DNA of 64,000 bases from the human T2T-CHM13v2.0 reference genome, Homo sapiens (GCF_009914755.1 NC_060942.1), one strand, 5' to 3'; positions 41,145 through 54,299 are shown, counted from the first letter of the stretch. Notes: generated by a model not told the origin, from the sequence alone. Made by a program: numbers and translations.

Positions 41145-41448
41145 GGCCAGGCAAGGTGGCTCATGCCTGTAATCCCACCACTTTGGGAGGTCGAGGCGGG
41201 CGGATTGCTTGAGGTCAGGAGTTTGAGACCAACCTTGCCAACACAGAGAAACCCTGTCTCTACTAAAAATAGAAAAATTATCTGGACCTAGTTGTGTGTG
41301 CCTGTAATACCAGCTACTAGGGAGACTGAGGCAGGAGAATCACTTTAACCAGGGAGTGGGAAGTTGCAGTGAGCCAAGATCACGCCACTGCACTCCAGCC
41401 TGGTGACAGAGCCAGACTCCGTCTCAAAAAAAAAAATAAAAAAATAAA
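41145..41448 (+). mobile_element. Alu (Sx/Sz-type)
   Basis: Full dimer with A tail; tagagtta on both flanks. Confidence 0.93.
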
Positions 41449-41469
41449 GATGGGGGGAAAATAGAGTTA

Positions 41470-42770
41470 GGATAACAGAAAGTTAAGGAATATGAAACAG
41501 AAAAAAATCAATAAACCAAAATGAAATGTTTGGAAAGATAAAAAAATTGGCAAATGTTTACTTAGGCTAAGCAAGAAAAAAAGAGATGAAACTCAAATTA
41601 TTAAAATCGGCAATAAAAGAGAACACATCACTGGCAGTATTACAAAATAAATATGATTAAAAGAGAATGCAATGAAAAATCTTATGCCGAAAAAGTAAGA
41701 TAGCCTAGACAGAATGAAGTCCTAGAATGACAGAAACTAAAACAGTCTAAAGGAGAAATTAAAAATATAAGTAGATCTATGGAAGGTTAAAACATTGGAT
41801 TGTAATTTTAAAACCTTACAATAAAAATCTCATCTCAGCTAGCTTCCCAGGTGAATCAAACACTCTGAGAAATTAATATCAATTGTTCACCAACCCTTGC
41901 AGAAAATAAAAGGGCAGAGAACACTTCCCAATTCATTTTACAAACAGGATTACTCTGACACCAAAACTGAATAACAAAACAATATAGACCAGTGTCTTTA
42001 ATTGTTTTATAAAATCAAAAATCTTCAACAAAATACTGCCAAGCTGAACCCACCAACATATAAAATAGATTATGCACTGTGTGCAGATGTGATTGACCCC
42101 AGGAATGCCCCATTGATTTAATATTTGAAAAATCAATGAATGCAAACACCATATTAACAGAATAAAAGACCAAAATATATGAGCATCTCAATAGACAGAA
42201 AGCATTCGAGAAAATATTACACATTTTCATCATGAAAACACTCCAGTTATGGACAGTAAGATAACTTCCTGAAACTAGTGGTAGTTACCTATGAAACCCA
42301 CAGCTATCATTACACTCTGCAATGAAAGGGTGAATCCTTTCCTGGCATGGTTACTTACAAGAATGTCCACTCTTGCAAATTCTACTCAACGTTATACTGT
42401 GGATTCTAGCGAGGTGTATTTAGTAAAGAATAGAAAATTGAAAACATCCTGATTGAAAAAAAAATAAAATTATTTATATTTACAGATGGCATGATCTCAT
42501 ATATATGTAATTCTAAGAAATTCAGTAAAACAGTATTCAAAATAATAAATTTGGCATGGTTTCCAGATATAAATGTAATACTAAAAATTAATTTTATTTC
42601 TATATACTGTCAATGAACTGCCTTAAGATGATATAAAAGAAACAATCCCATTTATAATAGCAACAAAACAAGTAATAAATTTAGAAATTAACAAGAGCAG
42701 TTCAAAACTAATACTCCGAAACCTCCAAAACATTGTTGAAATAAACTGAAGAAGAACTAAATAAATGAGA
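41470..42770 (+). mobile_element. Old L1 ORF2 fragment
   Basis: acacttcccaattcatttta ... aaaatcttcaacaaaatact ... catctcaatagacagaaagcatt. Confidence 0.8.
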
Positions 42771-44210
42771 AGAGGTGGAGCGAGATGGAGGATAGAATCT
42801 CAGTGACTGTGTCTCTGCAGGAATATTAAATTGAACCACCGTCCAACAATCCAAGCAAGATAATACGTTCACAAGAGCTAAAGAAAGCAGGTGACAGATC
42901 ACAGAACCTGGTTTTAGCTTAAAAACAAGAGAACACACATTAACGAGGGTGAAAAGACAGTCTTGCAGTGACTGCACTGCCCTTCCCTCAACCCCAGGCA
43001 GTGCAGTGCAGAGAATGTGTCCACCTCTTGCAGGAGGGACAAGGAAGGGTCCGTGGGACTTTGCCTTGGAGCCCAGTGCCAGCTCTGCTATAGTAAAGGA
43101 CAACACTGGGCAGAACCCCATGGCCTTTCGTTCCAGGCTAGTGCCCATAGATACAGCATTTAGACACGACCTGGTCTAAAAGGGAATCCACTACCCTGGT
43201 GGGACAAACCTGAGTCCTGACTTGCTTCACCACCAGCTGATTCAAGTGGCCTCAGGCCCCAAATAAATTTCAGTGGCAGGCAGGCCAGAGTCACTTTGGT
43301 CCTTGGGTGAGCTCCAACAACCAACAATGTGCTGGTCTGGGAGGCTGTGGGCTTCCTATGTGACATCAGCTGCAGTGGCCAGAGGGCTGCCTGTGTTACC
43401 CCAATCCCAACTCCAGGCAGTGCAGTGCAGAGAGAATTCCTTCCCTATGCGAGAAAGAGGAGAACCCAGTATCAGCCCTACTACAGTGGACACAGTGTCA
43501 GGCAGAATACTGTGGCCCTGATCCTAGGCAGGAGCTCCCAGACACCTACAGACCCCCCTGCAGGGAGAAGGGATTCTGCCACCCTGGCGGGATGGACCCA
43601 AACCCAGGCCAGCTTCATCACCAGCAGACTAACCTGGCTTAGAAACCTAAATAAGTCAGCAGCAGTCAGGCAATATAGTGGCCACAGGACTCAGATAAAC
43701 CCCAGTGCTGCTCTGGTCTGGGAGGCTGTGGGCTTCAGGTGTGTTGCGCCAGCTGCAGTGGCCATGAGAGTGCCTAAATCACATGAGAGTGCCCAGATTC
43801 ACAAAGCTTGGTGCCCAGATTCCTTGCAAGGGGAAGAAGATGGACTTGAAAGAAGAACTTTGTCTGGGAACCCAGGGAACCCCTCCCTTATCTTCTCCAA
43901 GTGTGTCACGGCCACCAGGGACCTCAGTCTGCAAAAGTCATGGTGAACCTGAGCTTAAGGTGCCCTCTGGTGCTGTAACAGCTGCAGTGACCACAGGCTT
44001 GGGGAACTCAACAGTCTTGAATTTCTTGGAATTTCTGGACGACTGAAGAAGGACAAGCACACACAAGAACAGACTGCAAAAAGTGGAATAAATACACACT
44101 TATTCAACTCCCCGGCATGAACATATGCTCAAAAACGTTAAGAACATTCAAGGAAATAAATAACAACAATAAATAAGTCACCAGTGACCAGAGCTACAGA
44201 TGTGAGACTC

Positions 44211-44518
44211 GACTGGGTGTGGTGGCTCACACCTGTAATCCCAGAACTTTGGGAGGCTGAGGTGGGTGGATTACCTGAGGTCAGGAGTTCGAAACCAGCC
44301 TGACCAACAAGGTGAAACCCTGTCTTTACTAAAAATACAAAAATTAGCTGGGTGTGGTGGCAGGTGCCTGTAGTCCCAGTTATTTGGGAGGCTGAGACAG
44401 GATAATTTCTTGAACGTGGGAGGCAGAGGTTGCAGTGAGCCAAGATTGTGCCTCTGTACTCCAGGCTGGGTGATGGAATAAGACTCCATCTCACAAAAAA
44501 AAAAAAAAAAAAAAAAAA
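44211..44518 (+). mobile_element. Alu (Sx-type)
   Basis: TSD agatgtgagactc at 44198-44210 and 44518-44530. Confidence 0.95.
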
Positions 44519-45382
44519 GATGTGAGACTCTCCAGACAGGGAAGTAAAAATGGCTGTTTTGAGGATACTCAATGAAATTCAAATACAGAGAAGTAATTCA
44601 GAAACTTATCAAAGAAATTTAACAAAGAGATAGAAGTAATTTAAGAAGATGACAGAAACCTCAAAGCTGAAAAATGCAACTGATGAACTGAAAAATGCAT
44701 GAGAGGGCCTCAACAGTAGAACTAATCTCAGCACAATAAAGTTCATATATGAGAAATCCACAGCTAACATCATAATCAATGGGGAAAAGTTAAAAGCTCT
44801 TCTTCTAAGATCTGGAACAAGTGTGGCTACTTTTACCACTTTCATTCATCACAGTACTAGAAGTCCTAGCTAGAGGAATTAGATAGGAGAATGCAATAAA
44901 AGGCATCCAAAATGGAAATAAAGGGAGTCAAATTGTCTCTGTTTGCAGGTGACATAATCATACACATATGCAGAACCCTAAAGATTCCACAAAAAAACCT
45001 ACTAGAAATAATAAACACATTTCATAAAGTTGCAAGATACAATATCAATATATAAAAATGAGTAGCACACCCATGTACCAATAGTGAAACACCTAAGAAA
45101 GAAATCAAGAAAGCTATTTTATTGCAGTAGTTACCCAATGCCCCCCAAAAAAGATACCTAGAGATAAGCTTAACAAAAAGGCGAAAGATCCCACAATTAA
45201 AATTATAAAACATAGACGAAAGATATTAAAGCAGACACAAGTAAATGTAAAGATATCCCATGTCCAAGCACTAGAAGAATATCGTTAAAATATCTGTATC
45301 ACCCTATGTGATCTACAGAATCAATGGAATCCATGTTAAATTAGGAAAGAGATTCTTCATAGATATAGGAAAAAAAAAAAGC

Positions 45383-45677
45383 GGCCAGGCATGGTGGCTC
45401 ACGCTTGTAATCCCAGCACTTTCGGAGGCCAAAGCGCCTGGATCACGTGGTCAGGAATTTGAGACCAGCCTGAACAACATGGTGTAACCCCGTCTCTACT
45501 ACACACACAAAAATTAGCCAGGCGTGGTGGCGCACGCCTGTAATCCCAGCTACTCAGGAGGCTGAGGCAGGAGAATTGCCTGAACTCAGGAAGCAGTGCC
45601 TTCAGTGAGCCTAGATCGCGCCAATGCACTCCAGCCTGGGCGACAGAACAAGACTCCGTCTCAAAAAAAAAAAAAAA
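45383..45677 (+). mobile_element. Alu (Sg-like)
   Basis: Full dimer inside L1 ORF2. Confidence 0.93.
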
Positions 45678-46399
45678 TCCTAAAATTCACATGGAAATGC
45701 AAAATACCTCAGATAGACAAAAGAATCTTGAATAAAAAGAAAAAAGCTGGCGGCATCACACTACCTGATTTCAAAATATACCACAAACCTAGTAACCAAA
45801 ACAGCATGGTAGTGGCAAAAGAAAAAAAATAGGTAGGGGATAGACAGAGCGAGAGAGAGACAGAGATACACAGACCAATGACTGACAGACATAGACAAAT
45901 GAAACAGAATAGAGAACTCAAAAATAAATTCAAGCTTTTACAGTCAACTCTTTTAACAAAGGCACCAAAAACACACATTCGGGAAGGACAATCTCTTCAA
46001 TAAACTGTGCTAGGAAAACCCAACACCCACAATACATGTAGGCTGTTATCTTATCATCTACTGAAAATAAAGATTTAAATGTAGGACATGAAACGATGAA
46101 ACTACTAGAGAAGAAAACATAGGAAAATGCCTCGTGAAATTGGTTACAAGGGATTTTCAAATACACATCAAAAACACAAGCAACAAAAAGCAAAAATAGA
46201 CAAAATGCAGTTGCATTAAACTTAAACGCTTCTGCAAAATAGCGAAAGCAATCAATAGAATGAAGAAACAATCCAGAGAACCGAAGAAAGTATTTGCAAA
46301 CTATGCATCAGGCAAGGGGTTAATACAACAAAAAATATATAAAAAACTAAAACTACTCAAAGCAAAAATACAAATAATTTGATTTAAAACTCAGAAAAA

Positions 46400-48470
46400 G
46401 TTCTACCCAAAAACTTTGTCCCCAACCTTCTTTTCTCAACCACCTTTGGCCCCCTCCCTCTCGCCACCCTTTTTCTTCATCTACCCCAAAACATTTCTCC
46501 CACTATTTTTCCCCACTGTCATTTCGCAAAGCCTTCTCTACTCTCCTGCTCACCACCCTTTTCGCCAACCATCTACCCGAAAACTTTTCCCCCTCACTGG
46601 ATACCCTCTTTTTCTCCCTTCTGCTCTCATTCCTTTTGTTCCTCCATCTACCCAAAAACTTTTCCCTCATATTTTCCCAAAGCCTTCTCCCCATTCCTGC
46701 TGCTCGCCACCCGCTTTTCCAACCTCCATCTCCCCAAAAACGCCCTCTTCTTTCCACTATCCTTACCATCCTCCTTTTGCCCTCCATCTACCCCAAAACT
46801 ATTTTCCCCATCGTCTTTTTCCCAACTCTTTCCCTCCTCCCTCTCGCCACCCTCTTTTATCCTCCCAATTGCCACCCTCTTTTCCCGCTGCATCTACCCA
46901 CATTTTACCCACCGTCTATCTTTTCTTTCCCCATCATCTGTCTTTTCTACCCATCTTTTTCACAAAACCTCGTCTCCCTCCCACTCCCCATCCTCTTTTG
47001 CGTTCTCCCGCTTGCCGCCCTCTCTTCCCCTCTCCCGCTTGCCGCCCTCTCTTCCCCTCTCCCGCTTGCCGCCCTCTCTTCCCCTCTCCCGCTTGCCGCC
47101 CTCTCTTCCCCTCTCCCGCTTGCCGCCCTCTCTTCCCCTCTCCCGCTTGCCGCCCTCTCTTCCCCTCTCCCGCTTGCCGCCCTCTCTTCCCCTCTCCCGC
47201 TTGCCGCCCTCTCTTCCCCTCTCCCGCTTGCCGCCCTCTCTTCCCCTCTCCCGCTTGCCGCCCTCTCTTCCCCTCTCCCGCTTGCCGCCCTCTCTTCCCC
47301 TCTCCCGCTTGCCGCCCTCTCTTCCCCTCTCCCGCTTGCCGCCCTCTCTTCCCCTCTCCCGCTTGCCGCCCTCTCTTCCCCTCTCCCGCTTGCCGCCCTC
47401 TCTTCCCCTCTCCCGCTTGCCGCCCTCTCTTCCCCTCTCCCGCTTGCCGCCCTCTCTTCCCCTCTCCCGCTTGCCGCCCTCTCTTCCCCTCTCCCGCTTG
47501 CCGCCCTCTCTTCCCCTCTCCCGCTTGCCACCCTCTTTTCCCCCTCCCCGTACCGAAAAACTTTTCTCTCCCCACCGTCTTTTCCTTATGGTCTTTTGGC
47601 AAAACCTTGTCTCCCTCTACTTGCCACCCTCTTTTGTCCCTCCTGCTCACCACGCTCTTTACCCCCTCCATCTACCCAAAAACTTTCTTCCTCACTGTCT
47701 TTCCCCCCTCACCATCTCTTCGCAAAGCCTTCTGCTCACCACCCTCTTTTCCCCATTCCTGCCCCTCCTCTTACATGCCACCTTCCTGTCGCCCTCCATT
47801 TACCCCAAAACTATTTTTCCATCGTCGTTTTCCCAATCGTCCTTCCACTCTCCCGCTTGCCACCCTTTCTCTCCTCCATCTACCCAAAAACTTCTCCCAC
47901 AGTTTTTTCTCCCCACTGTCTTTTCTTCCCACCGTCTTTTTGCAAAACCTTCTCCTTCCTCCTACTCGGCACCCTTTTTTCTTCTCCTGCTCACCACCCT
48001 TTTTTTCTCCATCTACTGAAAAAAAATATTTCCCCACCATCTTGTCCCCATCGACTTTTCACAAAATCTTCTCTCCCTTCTGCTCACCACCTTCTCTCTC
48101 TTCCCCCCACTCTCTGCACCCTCTTTCTTCCTCCCGCGTGCCACCCTTTTCCACCTCCATCTACCCAAAATCTTTTTACACATCTTTTCTTTCCCCAATG
48201 TCTTTCTGTTGTCTTCACCGTGTTTCTCCCCACCGTCTTTTTGTAAACCTTCTCTCCTTCCTACTTGTCCCTGCTTTCCCCCCCTCACCACCCTCTCTTT
48301 CCTCCTTCTACATGCCACCCTTTTTTACCCGCCTGCTACCCAAAAACTTTTTTTAACCATCTTTTCCCCACCATCTTTTTGCAATGCCTTCTCCTGTTTG
48401 CCATCCTCTTTTCCCCTTGCCGCTAACCACCCTCTTTATCCCTCCATCTACCCAAAAACTATTTACCCCC
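46400..48470. repeat. Degenerate pyrimidine-rich repeat with recurring ccatctacccaaaa / cgccaccctctt motifs
   Basis: Strong C/T strand bias over 2 kb; the motif recurs more than ten times. Confidence 0.9.
47004..47543. repeat. 27-bp minisatellite (tctcccgcttgccgccctctcttcccc): 19 perfect copies plus 1 diverged
   Basis: Unit starts at 47004, 47031 ... 47490, 47517; gives 9-aa periodic ORFs on both strands. Confidence 0.97.
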
Positions 48471-50400
48471 TCCTACCAGTCCAGCCGAGCTGCCGTCTCT
48501 GTCGCCAGCACCCACCACAGCGAGGCGAGCCGTGGTGCCACACGCTCCAGCCTCCAGCTGTGGCAAGTGACTACCCCTTCTCCTGGTCCTCCAAGCCTGG
48601 CACGGAGCAGCTGCGCAAGCAGCCACACACGAGTCTGGAATGGCCTGACGCCCTTTCTGCATCCTTTATATGTGAGGTTATGCAAATGAGGTTCCTGGAC
48701 TACATATTCTGATTGGATGAGAGAAAACTTCTAGGCCTATTCTGATTGGACTTTATTTTCATGCTGTGATTGGTTGTCCTAAGACTTGCTCTCATACAAT
48801 CAGAATCGAAGCTGGGAGCTCAGCTTAGAGAACAGGAAGTGGGAGCCACGTACCCCGAGCTGGAGGCTTGAGCCTGTGGCATCTAGGCTCGCCTCACTGC
48901 GGTTGGTGGAGGTGACGGAGGTTGCAGCTTGGCCAGCATGGTAGAAAGGTGGCAGGGTAGGTGAGCTATCCAGGGATGCACTACCCTGGATAGGAGCACT
49001 ATCAAGGTCACATTGCCGGTAAGGGTATCAGGGGCATGGGTTGGCAGAGTTGGTGGGGGCTATACTGCCTGGTGGTGAGGGTGGTTGTGTGTGCTACAGG
49101 GGGCTGACCGCCAGCTGGGGGGAGGGTTAGGGGTGCTATCAGCTCCTGCACTGTCATGACAGGGGGGGCAGGTTGGGGGCACTATCTGGGCTGTCACTAC
49201 CCCCAGCAAGGGCTGGTTGGGGGCACTATCCCTGGCTGCACTGCTGGAGGCAGTGGGGCAGTTTGGGGGCACTATCAGGTTTACATGCCCTGTGGCATGC
49301 CAGTGGGGGGGCACTATTGGGGTTTGCACTGCACTGCTGCTTCTGGCAATGGGCTACGGAGGTGGCAGCGATAGCTGTGGCCTCCAAGGAAGGGGCCGTC
49401 CTCCTCTTCCCAGACTCTAGATTCTAGAGGGCAACCTCTGTTTGCTCGTGCTGGAGCGTGGCAGGTGCACAATGTTTCCTTGGGAATCCTGAGCACGGTA
49501 AGGCCCCCACACCCGCCATGGTTCCCGGGCCTGCACCCTCTCACTGTGTTGCAGAGACAATCTGGGACTCCTGGGCACGGAGTAGCGGGCATCACGGGGG
49601 AACAGGGCCCTGTGGGTGGAGGCATCAGAAACAGGAACTGGCACTTGGTTGGAGAGAGCTGGCTGGGTCTGAGTTTCTGCTTCTCCTGCTCACCAAGGAG
49701 TGCAGCCAGGGTGGGCCCAGCAGTTCCTGGCCAGCTGGACCTAGCCAGAGGCCAGTTTCAGCAAAGGCAGTCACACCCACCCCAGGTCCCAGTTGTGCCT
49801 TTGCCGAAACCAGCCCCTGCCACCCAGTGACCAGCATGACAAGGTGAGCCTCTAACACTACCACTCCTTCCATCCTGTTCTAGGCACATCTGGCTTTTAC
49901 CACCCAGATGCTTCGAGCCAGGAGCTGGAGGAGTCATCTGTTGCACGCTGGAGGCTGGAGCCTGCAGATGGCATGGTTCTGTGGCTCCCCTCGCTGCAGT
50001 TGGTGGCAGAGACAGAGACTGCAGCTTGACCGGAGTGGTGGAGTGGTAGGAGAGTGTCTGCAGGGGCCAGGTGGTAGGAGGCTTGTAGGGTGGGCCCATG
50101 CATTGAGGGCAACAGCAGCAGTGGTCATGTTGGTGTTGGTGTTAGTGGTGGCAGCAGCAGCAAGTCTGGGATCCGAGAAGTGGGAGTGGGAATGCTGTGG
50201 AGCCCACCGGGCCCAGCCTGGCCTGAAGTGGGGAGGCAGCTGCAGGTGCTGTACCACGGGCCGAGGTGGCAGCAGTGGAGGCCCAGCCAAGGCAAGGAGG
50301 AGTCCTCCTCCTTCTCTTGCAGAATCTGGAGGTGCCCTCCTCCTGCTGGTGCCTGGGCCAGGTGTGAGTGGCAACATTGTCTTATTCTTAACAAAATTTA
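48470..50400. repeat. Palindromic GC-rich REP522-like element homologous to BAGE 5' exons
   Basis: Module gctggaggctggagcc...ggctcgcctc...gcagct occurs on - (48470-48620) and on + (48858-48950, 49945-50052); translations AQLLRARL..SWRLE and EESSVARWRLEPADGMVL resemble the BAGE peptide. Confidence 0.7.
48665..48806 (-). promoter_or_regulatory. Promoter-like core: three CCAAT boxes, octamer and TATA
   Basis: Minus strand order: CCAAT (48769-73, 48745-49, 48712-16), ATTTGCAT (48680-87), TATAAA (48665-70). Confidence 0.6.
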
Positions 50401-51899
50401 GGGGGTGACTATTGGTGTATCTTTTAGCTTGGTTTTGTTGTGAAAAGTCTTGAAATTTTTTCAAAGTTCATAAATCAGGAGGGGAAATAAGGTATCATAA
50501 TAGGCTTTCTAATTCCCACACCTGTTCTTCTTCCTTTCTTTCAGTCTGTTTTTTCTTCTTCTAATCATCATCTTCTTGTTCCTCTTCATTTTCTTATGCT
50601 GCTGCTTCTATTTCTTTTTTATATTCTTGTTTCTCCTCCTCTTGTTTTCATTATCCTAAGCAATGGCCTTAACAAACAACAAACCAAAACTGAGTTAAAC
50701 ATAAACTATTTGTCACCGAGTTGTATTCTTAAAATAATCAGTCCATTACTATGCTTTAGAGATGAGGAAAAACATTGATTGCATAATTATTTGGTTACTT
50801 GAATAGCTATGCTTTTCATGATCCTGTTAATGTGTTGTAAGTAGTTATTCAAGGAATCAAAAATGAAGCATCAAATAAAATATTGCTAGCAAACAGCCAT
50901 TTCATCTCTCTCACATAGTCTGGAGCTATGCAAGAGTCAGGGGGGTAATTAGTTCCAATTTATGAGATCATTAAGTGAACTGTATTCCTTTCATTTTATT
51001 TCTCTGCCACCATTTTCAAGAGTATTGTCATCTGCATGAGCAAATCTGGTTCATCACATCTTTGCAACAGGAAAAGGAAGGGAGGATCATGTGTATAATG
51101 TTTTAAGGCCAAGATTCACAACCAAAACAAAGTCTTTATTAACTTTTGCCTTCAAGAACCTGCAGTGTTGAGCCCTTTTTTATTTCTGTTATTATTACCT
51201 TTGGTATGAAATCTTTTTTTTAGTGAGTACTCTAGAAGTTTATGCATTTTATTGACTACTTTAAAGAAACAATCTATATTGCATCATTTTTCAAGCCCAC
51301 AGAAATGCGTAAGGTCTATAATTTTGACGCTTTTTATTTTTAAGGTTATGAGCATGTAAAATACTGTTGATATGTGTAAGGATATGTAAAAATGCCACTA
51401 GATAGCTTATATTGAAGAGATAGTGTCTAAATTTTGGTCCAGAATGGATTGGTTGCTGTTTCTTAGGTGTGTTTCTCAATATATTGCCTCAATGTTTTAA
51501 AGCATATAGAAATATTAATACTATTTAACCTCATATAGTCCTTCGTAGGTTGTTTAATATTTCTACAGACTAAAGATATCACAGCCTCCGTTAATATTCA
51601 GTAATATTAATAAAATTTGGGATATATAGCGTTAGAATCCAAGAAATCCAGAGGAAAATTGTTAAATTATATAGCTGTAGAGCAGGAAATGAAACCCAGG
51701 TTCCAAGCTCTAAGGGGCCCACGAGCTACCATACAAGTGAATCAGTGACGGACATAGAGTTAGCAGAATTACAGGATGGTTAAAAGAGAGAGCTGTGCAG
51801 TCTAACACTATGTGAACATAAAATTTTAAACTGCATGGTGCCTCAGTTTATTTGTCTTTACAATGAAAGTAGTACTAAGTTTTTCTTTTTCTTCTTAGT

Positions 51900-52608
<709 letters not shown>

Positions 52609-52609
52609 T

Positions 52610-54240
52610 TATCTATGATTTTATTTTGGCTTTCTTTCTCTTTCCCTTAGTCTAGTTAAAGCTTGTCAATTTTGATTTTTTTTTCAAACCCCCCCAGCTC
52701 TTTGTTCCATTGGCTCTTTGTATTTTTTTGCATTTTATATTTTTTGTTTCTATTTGTAAAATTTCTGTTCTAATCTTTCTGATATTCTTTCTACTAATTT
52801 TAACATTTGATATTTTTGTTTTTCTCATTACTTGAGGTGTACTGTTAGGTTGGCTATTTGAGATCTTTTTACTTTTCTGATGTAGGCATTTATAGCTGTG
52901 CACTTTTCCTCTTACAACTGCTTTTGCTGCATCCCACAGGTTTTGTTATGTTGTGTTTCTATTTTTATTTATTTCAATAAATTTTTAATTTTTTTATTTC
53001 TTTATTCATTGTTCATGAACATGTATTTTAATTTCCATATGTTTGTACAGTTTTTAAAGTTCCTCCTGTTACTGATTTCTCATACTATTCCACTGTGATC
53101 AGAAAAGATGCTTGATATGAATTCAATGTTTAAAAATGGGCTGTGACTTGTTATTTGGCCTAACACATAGTCTGTCCTGGAGAATAATCCATGTGCTACT
53201 CAGTAGAATGTGCATTGTGCAGTTGCAGAGTGGAAAGCTGTGTAAATGTTAGGTCCATTCAGTAGAGATTACAGTTTAACTGATGATTTTTTGTCGTTTG
53301 GGTGATCTGTTCATTGATGATAGTGGGGTGTTGATTATAGTTGAGTGTTGAGGTACTCTATTATTGTATTGCAGTCCATCTGTCCTTTAAGGTCTGTTAA
53401 TATTTGCTTCTGTGTTTAGGTGCTTCAGTGTTGGTTGCATTTGCACTTATAATTGTGATACTGCTGTATTGATTTCTTTCTCATTATATAATTATCTTTG
53501 TATTTTATCTAATATAAGTATAGCTACTCCTGCTTTTTTGTTTCCATTTGTATGGGATATCTTTTACCATCCCTTCATTTTCAGTCTATGTATGTCTTTA
53601 TAGGTGAACTGAGTTAGTTTCTTGTAGGCAGTATATAGTTGGATCTTGTCTTTAAATCCATTCAGCCACTCTGTCTTAATGGAGAATTTAATTCATTTAT
53701 ATTCAAGGTTATTACTAACAAGTAAAAACATACTACTGCCACTTTTACTTGTTTTCTGGTCGTTTTGCTACTCTCTTTTTTCTTTTGTTATTTCTCTCCT
53801 CATTTCTTCCTCTTTCTGTTCTCTCTCTCCTTCCTTCTTTCTTCCTTTCCTTTCCTCCCTCCTTCCCTTTCTTCCTGTCTGTATTTATAGTGAGGTAATT
53901 TTCTCTGGGAGTGTGATTTAATTGTTTGCTTTTTAGGTGTCTATTATTTTTAGGGTGTCTGTTACTGAATTTTGTTTTCTAGTTACCATGAGGCTAAAGA
54001 ATATCATTGTAACCAGTGGTTTTAAACTGAGGAAAACTTAACTTTGATTGCAAAGAACAAAAAGGAGAGAAACAAAAAGCTATAAACATTTATTACCTGT
54101 ATCCCCCCCAACACACACACACATTTTGACATTTGGATCTCTTCAATATCTTTTTATATTGACTCCCAATTTAAAAATTGTTGGGTTATTATTATTTTAA
54201 TAATTTTGTATTTTAGCCTTTTGTTATTGTTAATTGCTGT
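52610..54240 (-). mobile_element. Old L1 ORF2 5' region
   Basis: tgatgtaggcatttatagct ... gctgcatcccacaggtttt ... atagtctgtcctggagaat. Confidence 0.8.
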
Positions 54241-54283
54241 TTGCACCATTGTTCAATAATGTCTTAATTTGTTCTAATAAATA

Positions 54284-54299
54284 CATATATATATATATT

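Larger units (their letters stand above)
42772..46400 (+). mobile_element. L1 (L1M/L1MA-type) with repeated 5' UTR, internal deletion and 3' truncation
   Basis: Start gaggtggagcgagatgg; duplicated 5' UTR blocks (ctggtctgggaggctgtgggcttc twice); jump from ORF1 to ORF2 at about 44730; ends abruptly at the C-rich repeat. Confidence 0.75.

Noticed and set aside
43329-43946. 205-aa ORF
   Set aside because: Lies in a GC-rich repeated L1 5' UTR; no recognisable protein similarity
47004-47543. CRISPR-like array
   Set aside because: Head-to-tail identical units with no spacers, no cas genes, and primate context
46416-48356. 646-aa, 536-aa and other long ORFs on both strands
   Set aside because: They arise from the stop-poor C/T-rich repeat and the 27-bp (multiple of 3) unit; low complexity with no domain content
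48665-48690. Histone gene downstream of the octamer-TATA motif
   Set aside because: No histone-like reading frame or 3' stem-loop on either side
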